A stretch of DNA of 64,000 nt, from the NCBI GenBank assembly GCA_038127095.1, contig JAYPGZ010000002.1:29502-93501 (forward strand). Reading direction: 5' to 3'. The position numbers and the translations under genes were made by a program. This DNA comes from Candidatus Roizmanbacteria bacterium (GTDB lineage Bacteria > Patescibacteriota > Microgenomatia > UBA1406 > HO2-37-13b). Shown piece after piece: positions 39,250-49,203 of the stretch. The notes under the pieces are model-generated. The model was not told the origin of the DNA and did not search any database. It was given only the letters and a program-made list of their open reading frames with translations. Position 1 is the first letter of the stretch. Each line of letters opens with the position of its first letter.

Positions 39250-39363
39250 TAATTTTTTTGCAGAGCAAAAGCCGCTGGGACTCCCTCCGGTCGGCGCACC
39301 CGCTCGCATGTCTCTCAGCTTAACCACTATCAATCATGACTCTTGATATGTTATAAATAAACA

Positions 39364-40701
39364 ATGGATTCAATTCGTTTTTTGGGAGCTGCCGGCACCG
39401 TAACCGGATCTTCGTATTTTCTATTTGGCGATTCAGGAAAAGGAATCATGGTTGATTTAGGTATGTTTCAGGGTCCTTTTCATATTGAGAACCTTAACCG
39501 TGCACCACTTGACGTGTCGATTCCCGATATCGAAGGTGTTGTGCTTACTCACGCACACTTGGACCATTGTGGTCGATTACCACTACTTGCTCAACTTGGA
39601 TACACAGGTAAAATTTACATGACCAAACCAACACGCGAGCTTATTGAAATCGTGCTTTTAGATGCCGCAAAAATTTCTCATAGTGAACGTGAAGAGCCGC
39701 TGTATACCGAAGAAGATGTTCAAAGAGTTCTGGATATGTGCCAAGTTGTTGACTATCATGCTCCTTTTGAAATTGGAAAATATGGAATTTCTATGTATGA
39801 TGCTGGTCATATTTTAGGATCAGCAAGTGTTTTGGTGCAAGGATCACAAAAAATTATTTTTAGTGGTGACTTGGGAAATAGTCCCGAGGAATTGCTTCAT
39901 GCGACAGAAAAAATTGCCGCTGCCGATGTTGCTATTATGGAATCTACATATGGCGATAGAATTCATCATGTGGAAGATACAGATGCAATGCTACAGAACG
40001 AAATTAATTCAGTTGAAAAAAATGGTGGTGTTCTTTTAATACCAGCATTCTCAATGGAACGAACGCAAGAAATTTTACACAAGATAGATCATCTGAAAAA
40101 GAGTAATAAAGTACTTGATAAAACACCAGTATTTTTAGATAGTCCAATGGCGATAAAAACTACAAGTGTCTATAAAGAGTTCAAAAATCTATATAGTCCG
40201 GAATTGTCGGATCATGTGAAAAAAGATGATCCATTTGATTTCCCGGGACTATCTCTTGTTGAAACTGTAGATGATAGTAAGGCGATTTTAGGGGTATATG
40301 GGGCAAAAGTAATTATTGCAGGAAGTGGCATGATGAGCGGCGGGAGAATTATGTATCATGCGCTAGAATATTTAAGCTATCGATCATCGCGACTGTTTAT
40401 TGTTGGATATCAGGGTGAAGGAACACTGGGGAGAGATATATTAGATGGAGCGCGAGTTGTAACGATTAAGGGTAGAAAAGTACAGGTAAATGCAACAGTT
40501 ACGCACTCCTCGGGAATGAGTGCGCACGCAGATCAGCCAAAACTAATGAACTGGTTTAATTCTATTAACGGCGTAAAACGTCTTATGTTGACCCATGGGG
40601 AAGACGGACCACGAACGCATTTGAAACAAAAAATAAATGAAGAAAAAACATCGCTTACAATCGACATGCCACACTTAAACGAAACAATTAGTTTGGTGTA
40701 A
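39364..40701 (+). CDS. MBL-fold beta-CASP ribonuclease (CPSF/RNase J-like)
   Basis: THAHLDHCG motif, a beta-CASP insert and C-terminal HSSGMSAHAD. Confidence 0.8.
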   Translation: MDSIRFLGAAGTVTGSSYFLFGDSGKGIMVDLGMFQGPFHIENLNRAPLDVSIPDIEGVVLTHAHLDHCGRLPLLAQLGYTGKIYMTKPTRELIEIVLLDAAKISHSEREEPLYTEEDVQRVLDMCQVVDYHAPFEIGKYGISMYDAGHILGSASVLVQGSQKIIFSGDLGNSPEELLHATEKIAAADVAIMESTYGDRIHHVEDTDAMLQNEINSVEKNGGVLLIPAFSMERTQEILHKIDHLKKSNKVLDKTPVFLDSPMAIKTTSVYKEFKNLYSPELSDHVKKDDPFDFPGLSLVETVDDSKAILGVYGAKVIIAGSGMMSGGRIMYHALEYLSYRSSRLFIVGYQGEGTLGRDILDGARVVTIKGRKVQVNATVTHSSGMSAHADQPKLMNWFNSINGVKRLMLTHGEDGPRTHLKQKINEEKTSLTIDMPHLNETISLV

Positions 40702-41689
40702 AAAAATCCAAATCTCTTTTTAGAACTGTTGCATGAGCTCCTCTGGAAAAGTTATGATCTTCGCCGGTATACGAATAAAATATATGTTTGGTCTTCGAAC
40801 CAATCAACTTCTGCTCTAAGTCTTTGCTCCATTGATACGGAACCGATTCATCGTTGGTCCCGTGGTGGATAATAAGGGGAGTTTGAATAAATTGTGTATT
40901 TTCACTTGGCGAGAGTTTCTTAAAATCATCTGCTGAGAAAAATTTATATACAAGCTCTTTTACTTTTTCAAAATTTGCGGCGTCGCGATTTTTAAGAAAA
41001 TATAGCATGCTTTCAGGGTAGGGTGCGCTTACCGGTGCCCACAAACTTGCTGCTCTTATTTTAGTACCCGCAACCTCAAGAACTTTTAAGGTTATGTCTC
41101 CACCCATTGAATGACCCCACATGAATATATTTCTTTTGTTGCTATTGGGAATCGTTGAATCAAGCGAAGGTAGGGAAGCCATTAAATTTAATACGTCAAT
41201 AGGATAATTTAATCGATTCAATGGGTCAGTTCGGTCGCCTTGTGAATTTCCATTTGCACGGTAATCAGGTTTTAAAACAATAAATCCTTTATGTGCAAAA
41301 AAATCAAACGGATTTCTATAAGAATGAATTGTTGAGTAATTTTGTGGCTCAATATATCCATGGTTTAGAATGAGAAATGAAGCATTCGATTTCAAATTTT
41401 TTGGCACGCTCAAGAGAGCGTAAAGTTTATTCCCATCAGAGTTATATGAAATAATGTGTGCAGAAAACACATCGTTCTCATATGCTTTAGACTCGATAAT
41501 GATTGTGCTTTTCTTATATTCCCTTTTTCTGAGCGACTCAATGGTAAAAGGTGTGCTTATATTTGTAATAGGAGTTCGGGTAGGCACAGTGAAAGAAGTA
41601 TCTTGCAGAGGAGTTTTTACTATGTTTGACTTGAAGAAAATAGTAAGTGGAATAATCAAGAGTGCTAGAATGACGATAGGCACTTTCAT
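40688..41689 (-). CDS. alpha/beta hydrolase (S9/dienelactone hydrolase-like)
   Basis: Nucleophile elbow GHSMGG, an N-terminal anchor and a C-terminal HHGTNDESVP. Confidence 0.7.
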   Translation of the reverse strand: MKVPIVILALLIIPLTIFFKSNIVKTPLQDTSFTVPTRTPITNISTPFTIESLRKREYKKSTIIIESKAYENDVFSAHIISYNSDGNKLYALLSVPKNLKSNASFLILNHGYIEPQNYSTIHSYRNPFDFFAHKGFIVLKPDYRANGNSQGDRTDPLNRLNYPIDVLNLMASLPSLDSTIPNSNKRNIFMWGHSMGGDITLKVLEVAGTKIRAASLWAPVSAPYPESMLYFLKNRDAANFEKVKELVYKFFSADDFKKLSPSENTQFIQTPLIIHHGTNDESVPYQWSKDLEQKLIGSKTKHIFYSYTGEDHNFSRGAHATVLKRDLDFFTPN

Positions 41690-41710
41690 AAAGATTTACA
41701 GTACAACTAC

Positions 41711-42289
41711 TTAGTCGCGGCTTGCAGCAGTTTGCTTCACCAGTTTTGCGCTTTGTACGATTTGATACATTTCTCCTTCTCGTACCATGATTTGATTTGT
41801 TTGTGCTACATCGCGATATTGAAGTAGGAATTTTGATAGCGCCTTGTCTAAATCGCGAACTTCTGCGGTTAATTCCTTTAATTTCTGCTTTGCTTCAATT
41901 ACTGCAGAAGTTCCAGCTAGTTGTTCCTTAATTTTATTTGATTCCATTTTCAGCGTTTTCATTTTTTCTTCAGCTTCCCCAAGAGCTTTATCATTCGCAA
42001 ATGTATCTGAAATCATTTCTTTATATTGCTTCATTTCTTCACGCTTTGATTGGACACCCTGATAATAGGTCTTAATTGTTTGTTCCAGGTCAAGCAGCTC
42101 ACTTGCTTCATTTAACTGTTCTTTTGCTTGTTCCTGGATTTCTTGGGGACTTACGAGTTCTACTTCAGAATCTTCAACGGAATCAATACCATCTTCTACT
42201 ATCTCAGCATCAACAACTTCACCGTCTAACACTGGTTCTTCAATTACTTGATCTTCAACTGTATCGTTTTGTTTTGTAGTGTCGTCCAT
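41711..42289 (-). CDS. hypothetical acidic coiled-coil protein
   Basis: 192 aa with an Asp/Glu/Val-rich N-terminus followed by a heptad-like region. No family recognised. Confidence 0.45.
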   Translation of the reverse strand: MDDTTKQNDTVEDQVIEEPVLDGEVVDAEIVEDGIDSVEDSEVELVSPQEIQEQAKEQLNEASELLDLEQTIKTYYQGVQSKREEMKQYKEMISDTFANDKALGEAEEKMKTLKMESNKIKEQLAGTSAVIEAKQKLKELTAEVRDLDKALSKFLLQYRDVAQTNQIMVREGEMYQIVQSAKLVKQTAASRD

Positions 42290-42493
42290 AAGTCACTTAC
42301 TATACTTGAAACGCAGCATAAAAGTCAATATTCTAAATAGTATCGGGTGATATATAAGAAAAGCTATTGATAAAATTGTTTCGTTTGTTTATAAGGTAGA
42401 TAACGTATAAAAAAAGCTTGCTTAATTTAGCTACTGGATATTATCCTATAGGAATATTCAGGTGAATGTGGTATACTGTTGCTCTATACCAAT

Positions 42494-42991
42494 ATGACAA
42501 TCGAAGTGGATGATAAGAAAGAGAATATTGTAGATGTGCTTTCAAAAAAAGCCACTATTTGGATCGGAACACCGACATCTATTTTCGTCCATACACTGCT
42601 TTTTATAGGAATTTTTGCATTGGGACTTATTGGATACTCCTTAGACCAGATATTGCTCATATTAACTACCGCTGTTTCGTTGGAAGCTATTTATTTAGCC
42701 ATTTTTATTCAAATGACCGTTAATAAGCATACCGAGAGTTTGGAAAATGTAGAAGATGACATTGAAGAAATTCAGGAAGATATTGATGAGCTTGAACAAG
42801 ATGTTGATGATTTGGAAGAGGACAGCGACTTAATTCAGCGCGATGTTGAAGAGCTTTCGGGTGATTTAGACGCTAAAGATACAAGCAAAACTACCGATGC
42901 ATTGCAACATATTCAAAAAAATATGGCTGTGCTTACAAAGTCGCTTGCAGAAATTCAAAAAGATATCGACTCACTTAAGGCTGGAAAATAA
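42494..42991 (+). CDS. membrane protein with acidic C-terminal coiled coil (DUF1003/low-affinity iron permease-like, uncertain)
   Basis: Two TM helices (LTTAVSLEAIYLAIFIQMTVN) followed by a DDIEEIQEDIDELEQDVDDLEED region. ATG at 42494 is preferred to TTG at 42479. Confidence 0.5.
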   Translation: MTIEVDDKKENIVDVLSKKATIWIGTPTSIFVHTLLFIGIFALGLIGYSLDQILLILTTAVSLEAIYLAIFIQMTVNKHTESLENVEDDIEEIQEDIDELEQDVDDLEEDSDLIQRDVEELSGDLDAKDTSKTTDALQHIQKNMAVLTKSLAEIQKDIDSLKAGK

Positions 42992-43016
42992 CTTCTGATT
43001 GCTGTAGCATGAAGTA

Positions 43017-43700
43017 ATGAATAGAAAGTATGTGTATGTGAAAATTACAGCTTCTATGGCGTGCGCGTTGATGCTTATGCTCGTGATATCTCCGTATTTA
43101 TCGGTGCATGGTAAAGATACTAATGCTAATGTTTTAGGCGCGTTTTATACACCGACACGAAGGACTACTTACACAACCCAAACTTCTACTACAGTGCGCA
43201 GAGGAGTATCTCCAACAGCGACTCCGAGCAGAGTGCCGACAGTAGTTTCCCTAAGGCTTCCAACCAATACTCCTACAGTTGCTCCAACGATAGTTCCTAC
43301 AAACAAACCCCAAGAAGTTGTCCAAACTGGTAATTCAAGCCTTGAGTCACAAACAATTTCACTTATTAATGCTGAGCGCCAGAAACAAAATTTGGGACAG
43401 TTAGGTGCCGACGGTGCGCTTACCACCGCCGCACGCCGTCACGCGGCCGACATGTGTAACAACAGCCACTTTAGTCATACAGGTACTGATGGCTCTGATT
43501 TTACAAAACGTGCAAAAGATGCTGGCTACAACGGGTTTGCAAGTGGGGAAGTAATTGGCTGGCAACATACATCGGCAGAATCAATAGTTAACGGCTGGAT
43601 GCAAAGCCCACCCCATCATGACATTATTTTGAATTCTGCTGTAACAAAAATCGGGGTCGGGTGGAGTGGGAACTGTGTTGTGGGAGTTGTAGGAAGTTAA
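43017..43700 (+). CDS. CAP (SCP/PR1-like, YkwD-type) domain protein
   Basis: Signal anchor, a Thr/Pro-rich linker and a CAP core (AARRHAADM...HFSHTG...GWMQSPPHHDIIL). Confidence 0.8.
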   Translation: MNRKYVYVKITASMACALMLMLVISPYLSVHGKDTNANVLGAFYTPTRRTTYTTQTSTTVRRGVSPTATPSRVPTVVSLRLPTNTPTVAPTIVPTNKPQEVVQTGNSSLESQTISLINAERQKQNLGQLGADGALTTAARRHAADMCNNSHFSHTGTDGSDFTKRAKDAGYNGFASGEVIGWQHTSAESIVNGWMQSPPHHDIILNSAVTKIGVGWSGNCVVGVVGS

Positions 43701-43703
43701 CGT

Positions 43704-45575
43704 ATGCGACATACTATTGATCATATTCAGAAACTATCTACCTTAATGCGGTATTTGGCTCTTACATCTACTACGCATGCAGGTAGTGGACATCCAACTT
43801 CGTGTTTATCGGCTGTGGAACTCACGACAACACTTTTTTATGGCGGCTTTTTTCATTACGATGTAACGAACAAGTATAATCCCCACAATGATCGTCTTAT
43901 TTTCTCAAAGGGGCATGCAGCTCCACTATTTTATGCTTTATGGGCAGGAGCGGATGCCATTGATATTGCTCAAATGAGCACTTTGCGAGAATTTGGTAGT
44001 AATTTAGAAGGTCATCCAACGCTTAATTTTCCATACACCGATGTTGCAACCGGATCATTGGGACAGGGATTGGGAGTGGGAGTGGGAATGGCAATTACCG
44101 CAAAGTATTTAGAGAAAAATAAAGCACAAATATATGTGCTTCTGGGTGATGGGGAGCTTGAAGAAGGATCAAATTGGGAAGCAGTTGATTGTGCAGCCCA
44201 TTACAACCTTGGAAATCTTACGGCGCTCGTTGATGTTAGTAGGTTAGAACAAGCTGGTCAAAGCATGTTTGGATGGGAGCTGAAAAAATATAAGAATAAA
44301 TTTGAGGCCCTGGGGTGGGACACGCTTGTGGTCCATGACGGACACGACATTTCCACACTTCTTCACACCTATACAAAGCGCTCAAAAATGCATAGAAAGC
44401 CGGTGGCGATTATTGCAAAAACAGTAAAAGGTGCAGGCGTGTCATTCTTGGAGAATAAGGAGGGGTGGCATGGGAAAGCATTATCACAAGCAGAGCTTGC
44501 GGGGGCGATTAATGATTTGGGAAATGTAGATATAAATGTGCGGGGAAAAGTACTCCCAGTACCCTCTGTCCGTAAAAGTAATGAGGAGACAATACTTACA
44601 AAACTTGAATCTCTCTCAAGCACCACCAAAACGACTAGTTATGCAAAAGGGGAAATGATCGCAACGCGACAAGCGTATGGTCAAGCATTAGTTCGGATAG
44701 AGAAAAAATATCCGCACATGGTAGTTATGGATGCCGGAATGGGAAACTCAACCTTTTCGGAATTATTTCAGCATAAATTTCCCGATCGTTTTTTTGAAAT
44801 GTATATCGCTGAACAAAATATGGTTTCAGTAGCTATGGGAATGAGCGCTGTTGGAAAAATGCCATTTATTTCAACATTCGGATCGTTTTTAACTCGAGCG
44901 CATGATCAAATTCGCATGGCTCAATATTCTCTAAGTAATATTAAGATTGCGGGCTCACATGTAGGAGTTTCAATTGGGCCCGATGGTGCGTCGCAGATGG
45001 GACTTGAGGATATTGCGATGTTTCGAGGACTTTTAAGTAGCGTTGTGTTGTATCCGAGCGATGCAGTGAGTTGTGATAAGTTAGTTGAGGAGACTGCAAA
45101 AAATGTAGGAATCTCGTATTTGCGACTTACCCGTGCCCAAACACCAGTATTGTATTCAGCTGCAGATCGGTTTGAAATCGGCGGATCTAAAACACTTGTT
45201 TCATCGGGAAAGGATATTGTTACCATTGTTGCGGCTGGAATCACCCTGCACGAAGCCTTAAAAGCAGCAAAAACTCTTAAGGATAAAAAGATCAATGTAC
45301 GCGTAATCGATTTATATTCCATTCAACCTATGGACGTTAAAACACTAAAAAAAGCCGCAAAAGAAACAAAAGCAATTTTAGTAGTAGAAGATCATTACAA
45401 AGCAGGAGGAATTGGGGAAGCAGTTGCTTCCGCACTATCTCAAATTCCAACTCCTGTGCACTCACTTTGTGTCACTAAAATGCCACGAAGCGGAAAGCCG
45501 GAAGATTTATTGGCTTACGAATCAATCGATGCAGCCGCAATTGTGATGAAGGTTAAACAGATTGTTGGGAAGTGA
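43704..45575 (+). CDS. tkt: transketolase (N- and C-terminal halves in a single chain)
   Basis: 623 aa with thiamine-diphosphate motif LGDGELEEGSNWEA, a pyrimidine-binding middle domain and a C-terminal domain. Confidence 0.9.
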   Translation: MRHTIDHIQKLSTLMRYLALTSTTHAGSGHPTSCLSAVELTTTLFYGGFFHYDVTNKYNPHNDRLIFSKGHAAPLFYALWAGADAIDIAQMSTLREFGSNLEGHPTLNFPYTDVATGSLGQGLGVGVGMAITAKYLEKNKAQIYVLLGDGELEEGSNWEAVDCAAHYNLGNLTALVDVSRLEQAGQSMFGWELKKYKNKFEALGWDTLVVHDGHDISTLLHTYTKRSKMHRKPVAIIAKTVKGAGVSFLENKEGWHGKALSQAELAGAINDLGNVDINVRGKVLPVPSVRKSNEETILTKLESLSSTTKTTSYAKGEMIATRQAYGQALVRIEKKYPHMVVMDAGMGNSTFSELFQHKFPDRFFEMYIAEQNMVSVAMGMSAVGKMPFISTFGSFLTRAHDQIRMAQYSLSNIKIAGSHVGVSIGPDGASQMGLEDIAMFRGLLSSVVLYPSDAVSCDKLVEETAKNVGISYLRLTRAQTPVLYSAADRFEIGGSKTLVSSGKDIVTIVAAGITLHEALKAAKTLKDKKINVRVIDLYSIQPMDVKTLKKAAKETKAILVVEDHYKAGGIGEAVASALSQIPTPVHSLCVTKMPRSGKPEDLLAYESIDAAAIVMKVKQIVGK

Positions 45576-45591
45576 TATAATTGACTGGTAA

Positions 45592-45662
45592 TCGGGGATC
45601 GTTCAATGGTAGGACGACTGGCTCTGAACCAGTTAATCGAGGTTCGAATCCTTGTCCCCGAG
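45592..45662 (+). tRNA. tRNA-Gln (anticodon CUG)
   Basis: Hand-folded. Acceptor TCGGGGA/TCCCCGA, anticodon arm ACTGG-CTCTGAA-CCAGT and T-arm CGAGG-TTCGAAT-CCTTG. CCA is not encoded. Confidence 0.85.
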
Positions 45663-45687
45663 CAAAACCTGCTATAATAATTCAAAT

Positions 45688-46410
45688 ATGACAGATAATC
45701 CGCCAATAGGGGAAGTTGCTCAAGGTGTTGAAGTTCAACTAAATCGTGAGCAGCAATTAGTGCAAAAATTTCTAGATCAATATGCATTAACTTTTGATGC
45801 GTTAACACTGAATCTTCCAAATGACGATGGGATTTTGGCCCAATATGGTACCAGAGTAAATGAGACGCCTTTTTTGAGTCCTGAAGAATTAGCCGAAGTT
45901 GCAATTTTGATTTATGAGAAACGTTCAGATAATCAAGATGATATAAGGGTAGCAAAAGGTGATCATCCAGGAGTTTTTGTTAGAGTAATTGTCGGAGATA
46001 AAGAGATTCAAATAAATGCGTGGGGCGGACTTCGTGATTTTGCGGACACCGTAAATTTAAGAGATTCTCGTTCATCTGCTTTAAGAGGACGCGGGCATGC
46101 AGAGCGAACCCACACGTTGATGGAAGAGCCTTTAAGAATTGATTTCCAAACATTTCTTAATAACAGCTTACAAGATGGGCTAAAGTTGGTTTTACAACCC
46201 AGAAGAATTCAAGTTGGCTTAAGATGTGTAAATGGAAAAAAAATATCTGGCGATGAAGGTGCGTATACATTTACCCAAGGGAAGCAGGAGGATAATAAAA
46301 GTTCAATCGCTTCAATGTCAGCTAAGATGATGAGCGAATTGAGATCCACTATTGAGCCAATGATTCCCAGAATTCGGGTTCGGAATTATGATCTTTTGAG
46401 TAATTCATGA
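45688..46410 (+). CDS. hypothetical protein
   Basis: ATG at 45688 (MTDNPPIGE...); the track start at 45652 lies inside the tRNA. No family recognised. Confidence 0.5.
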   Translation: MTDNPPIGEVAQGVEVQLNREQQLVQKFLDQYALTFDALTLNLPNDDGILAQYGTRVNETPFLSPEELAEVAILIYEKRSDNQDDIRVAKGDHPGVFVRVIVGDKEIQINAWGGLRDFADTVNLRDSRSSALRGRGHAERTHTLMEEPLRIDFQTFLNNSLQDGLKLVLQPRRIQVGLRCVNGKKISGDEGAYTFTQGKQEDNKSSIASMSAKMMSELRSTIEPMIPRIRVRNYDLLSNS

Positions 46411-46411
46411 C

Positions 46412-46951
46412 ATGGATAGTAAATTACAAGAACACTTACTGAGCGTAATTACTCCTTCGGTTACCGATACTTTTGATTACGATCGCTTCATTAATCGAAT
46501 CAAACAGGGAAATTTGTTGCGAGTAACCAATCCATCTTCCCATTTCTGTGCGCTTATAGTCGTGTATGACACTGTAAATAAAAAAGTTTTTGCGGTGAAT
46601 CATCGAAAAGCTGGAATGTGGCTATTTCCGGGTGGACACATTGAGGAAAATGAGTTGCCCAAAGAAAATGTGATTCGTGAAATTAAGGAAGAATTGGGTT
46701 TGGACGTTACTCTTGCACAAGTGCAAGGACCCTTTGGAATGCAAATTATCGATATAGAAAATCCGAGGGTTGCGTGTAAAGAGCATTACGATACGTTTTA
46801 TGTTCTTGAAAAACCTGATCAAGAAATGATTGTCGATATGCGCGAATGCAGCGAATTTGGATGGTTTACGATTCCAGAAGTTCTTGAAAAAATAACAGAT
46901 GATTATTACGTGAGGTCGGTTGAGAAATTTGTGAAATATATTGGTTGGTGA
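46412..46951 (+). CDS. NUDIX hydrolase
   Basis: Nudix box GGHIEENELPKENVIREIKEELG. Confidence 0.8.
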   Translation: MDSKLQEHLLSVITPSVTDTFDYDRFINRIKQGNLLRVTNPSSHFCALIVVYDTVNKKVFAVNHRKAGMWLFPGGHIEENELPKENVIREIKEELGLDVTLAQVQGPFGMQIIDIENPRVACKEHYDTFYVLEKPDQEMIVDMRECSEFGWFTIPEVLEKITDDYYVRSVEKFVKYIGW

Positions 46952-47061
46952 TATTGGGTGGTATAAGGTATTTTTTACACTGTTTTAAAGCTCCAAATGT
47001 CTGAAATTGGGATGTTTAGACCGTAGACATTCAGTCTCTTATTCACTACAATGCCGCTCGT

Positions 47062-47229
47062 ATGAAAAACAACTTGTATGAACATGGTTGTCCGGTATGC
47101 AGAGTGCTAGAGCAGGCACAAAACAATAACCAAGACATATCGTTGGTCGAACTTAAAATTTCATTCAAAAGTTCTCGCGAAAACCTTGACGATGCTCTGG
47201 ATTGGGAAAACGATACTATGGAAGAATAA
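47062..47229 (+). CDS. possible small protein (55 aa)
   Basis: Unlisted ORF MKNNLYEHGCPVCRVLEQAQNNNQDISLVELKISFKSSRENLDDALDWENDTMEE. No clear SD; weak support. Confidence 0.25.
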   Translation: MKNNLYEHGCPVCRVLEQAQNNNQDISLVELKISFKSSRENLDDALDWENDTMEE

Positions 47230-47239
47230 GAAATTTTCC

Positions 47240-47662
47240 TTACTTCATCCCTAGTACTGCACCCATTGTTAGTAACGATGCTAATTGATACCCAGTATTT
47301 ATTGCGTATAGCTTTAGGTTTTTTTTGCCATACAGTACATCGGTTAACTGAACTGGCGCAATAAATCCAAGCCACATCCAAAATGCGCTCATAAGTCCTG
47401 TTGATAACGCTTCATATTCAAAGAAGTTCATACTTAGTGTCATAACATGACTTAGTACGTACGCCATTAGGAGTGAGGCAACAAAACTAAGGGCGTATAT
47501 TTTCCCCATTTCTTTTTTTGCTGCTTCTAAGCTTTTGGTAGTGTATCCCATAAGTGCCATCCACGGTTTACCAAAGAAACTAGGGGAATACCACAAAAAA
47601 CCTACCACCATACTGGCAATTCCAGCAAGTAATACCGCTACATAATCTACTACTATTTCCAT
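47240..47662 (-). CDS. DUF1761 domain-containing membrane protein
   Basis: ATG at 47662 (MEIVVDYVAVLLAGIASMVVGFLWYSPSFFGKPW...) is preceded by GGAGGGAGGTGAAA. The longer track ORF to 47821 is unlikely. Confidence 0.7.
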   Translation of the reverse strand: MEIVVDYVAVLLAGIASMVVGFLWYSPSFFGKPWMALMGYTTKSLEAAKKEMGKIYALSFVASLLMAYVLSHVMTLSMNFFEYEALSTGLMSAFWMWLGFIAPVQLTDVLYGKKNLKLYAINTGYQLASLLTMGAVLGMK

Positions 47663-47777
47663 ATATTTCACCTCCCTCCAAAAGTCATATTGAGTGTCCG
47701 CTTTCAGGCGGAATAGATGACAATTTGATTCTATATATTTCGCATAAAAATGCAATAAGCGAATGTATACTGAATGT

Positions 47778-48986
47778 ATGAACATGCATGAGCTACGTAC
47801 TAAAATAGATAAGAAGATCATTATTACGCTTCTTATTTCTGGAGCATTGATAACTTCAACAGGTTTTTTTGCTTACAAAACGCTTACATTAAATTCCACA
47901 GTTTCAACATTACATGCAAATGAGCGGTCGCTTGACGACAAGTTGTCGCTAACTCTTAACAGTTTAAAACAATCTCAACAAGAGTTGGCCGATCTGAAAA
48001 ATCAGGATCAATTTAAAATAAATCAGGAATTGGAAAAAACTATTACGTCTATAGAAAGTGTGTATAAAAGAGGTGTTTCAGTATACGAATCGCTTATTAA
48101 ACTTAAAGAGGGAGGTGTAAAGACGTCAAAACTAGATGAGACATATGTAGATATTCTCAATCAATTAGTGAAACGGGAATATGCTTCGGCGCAAGCAACC
48201 CTTTCAAAACTTCAAAAAGATATAGCTACTCAGCAGGCGAGTGTGTCATCAGCATTCTCAATTCCTGTAAATGTTGCCGCAAATAACACACCACCGGGCG
48301 CCGGGTATCGTCGGCAAAAAGTGAGTGCAGATATTGGGGAATACTTAGTCGATATTATTTCTGCCGACTTAAGCTCTACACGAGTGATAGTAGACACTGC
48401 TTCTGATGGTGATTGCGCAGATAACTGTCCAGTGCTTTCGCTTGCCGAATATGCAGCGCGAAGTGGTGGATTTGCGGGAATTAATGGTCCGTATTTTTGC
48501 CCTGCTGCGTATCCATCTTGTGCTGGAAAAACGAATTCATTTGACACACTCATAATGAATAAAGCAAAGCACTATTTTAATTCAGATAATAATGTCTATA
48601 GTTCTGTTCCAGCGGTTATTTTTTCCGGTAACTCTGCACGATTTGTTGGTCAATCATCACAGTGGGGACGTGATACAGGAGTAGATAGTGTGATAGCAGG
48701 TCAACCAATGCTTCTTTCGGGTGGAAATATTGTATTTGGAGGTGACGGAGAGCCTAAAAGAGGAAGTAAGGGTCCTCGTAGTTTTATTGGCGCACGAGGT
48801 TCAACAGTGTATATTGGGGTAGTTCATAATGCTACTGTAGCAGAAGTTGCGCATGTTTTGAAAGCGCTCGGTATGGAAAATGCACTCAATCTAGATAGTG
48901 GCGCATCTACCGGCTTGTGGAACGGAGGGTATATTATTCCTCAGGGGCGAGCGACTCCGTTTGGCATAATACTTCAAAGAAAATAG
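47778..48986 (+). CDS. phosphodiester glycosidase family protein
   Basis: TM anchor, a coiled coil and a C-terminal domain with AGINGPYF and ALNLDSGASTGLW blocks. The start is ambiguous (47763, 47778 or 47784). Confidence 0.7.
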   Translation: MNMHELRTKIDKKIIITLLISGALITSTGFFAYKTLTLNSTVSTLHANERSLDDKLSLTLNSLKQSQQELADLKNQDQFKINQELEKTITSIESVYKRGVSVYESLIKLKEGGVKTSKLDETYVDILNQLVKREYASAQATLSKLQKDIATQQASVSSAFSIPVNVAANNTPPGAGYRRQKVSADIGEYLVDIISADLSSTRVIVDTASDGDCADNCPVLSLAEYAARSGGFAGINGPYFCPAAYPSCAGKTNSFDTLIMNKAKHYFNSDNNVYSSVPAVIFSGNSARFVGQSSQWGRDTGVDSVIAGQPMLLSGGNIVFGGDGEPKRGSKGPRSFIGARGSTVYIGVVHNATVAEVAHVLKALGMENALNLDSGASTGLWNGGYIIPQGRATPFGIILQRK

Positions 48987-49027
48987 TATCAAGAGCCCAG
49001 AAGGCTTATTGTAGCAATAAATACCGC

Positions 49028-49055
49028 TTGACATACTATCCAAATGAGTTATACT
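49028..49055 (+). promoter_or_regulatory. sigma70-like promoter upstream of the response regulator
   Basis: TTGACA (49028-33), a 16-nt spacer, then TATACT (49050-55). Confidence 0.4.
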
Positions 49056-49203
49056 ATGGGCGGTTATTGAGACTTATTGTTTCACATGACACACTCGTCG
49101 GATAACATTCGATACGGCGTAAATCTTCTTACCTTATCTCTTGTATTCTCCAAAGCCATTCAGCGTACAGACATATTTATTAGTTTTCGTCTTGTTTCCT
49201 AAT

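Noticed and set aside
39261-39335. Possible SRP (4.5S) RNA: the minus strand contains GACCGGAGGGAGUCCCAGCGGC, vaguely like the domain IV GGAA-tetraloop region.
   Set aside because: The tetraloop would be GGAG rather than GNRA. The conserved AGCA/GGA loop nucleotides are not in place, and the GC-rich segment is too short for a full SRP RNA. It is kept only as an unassigned structured element.
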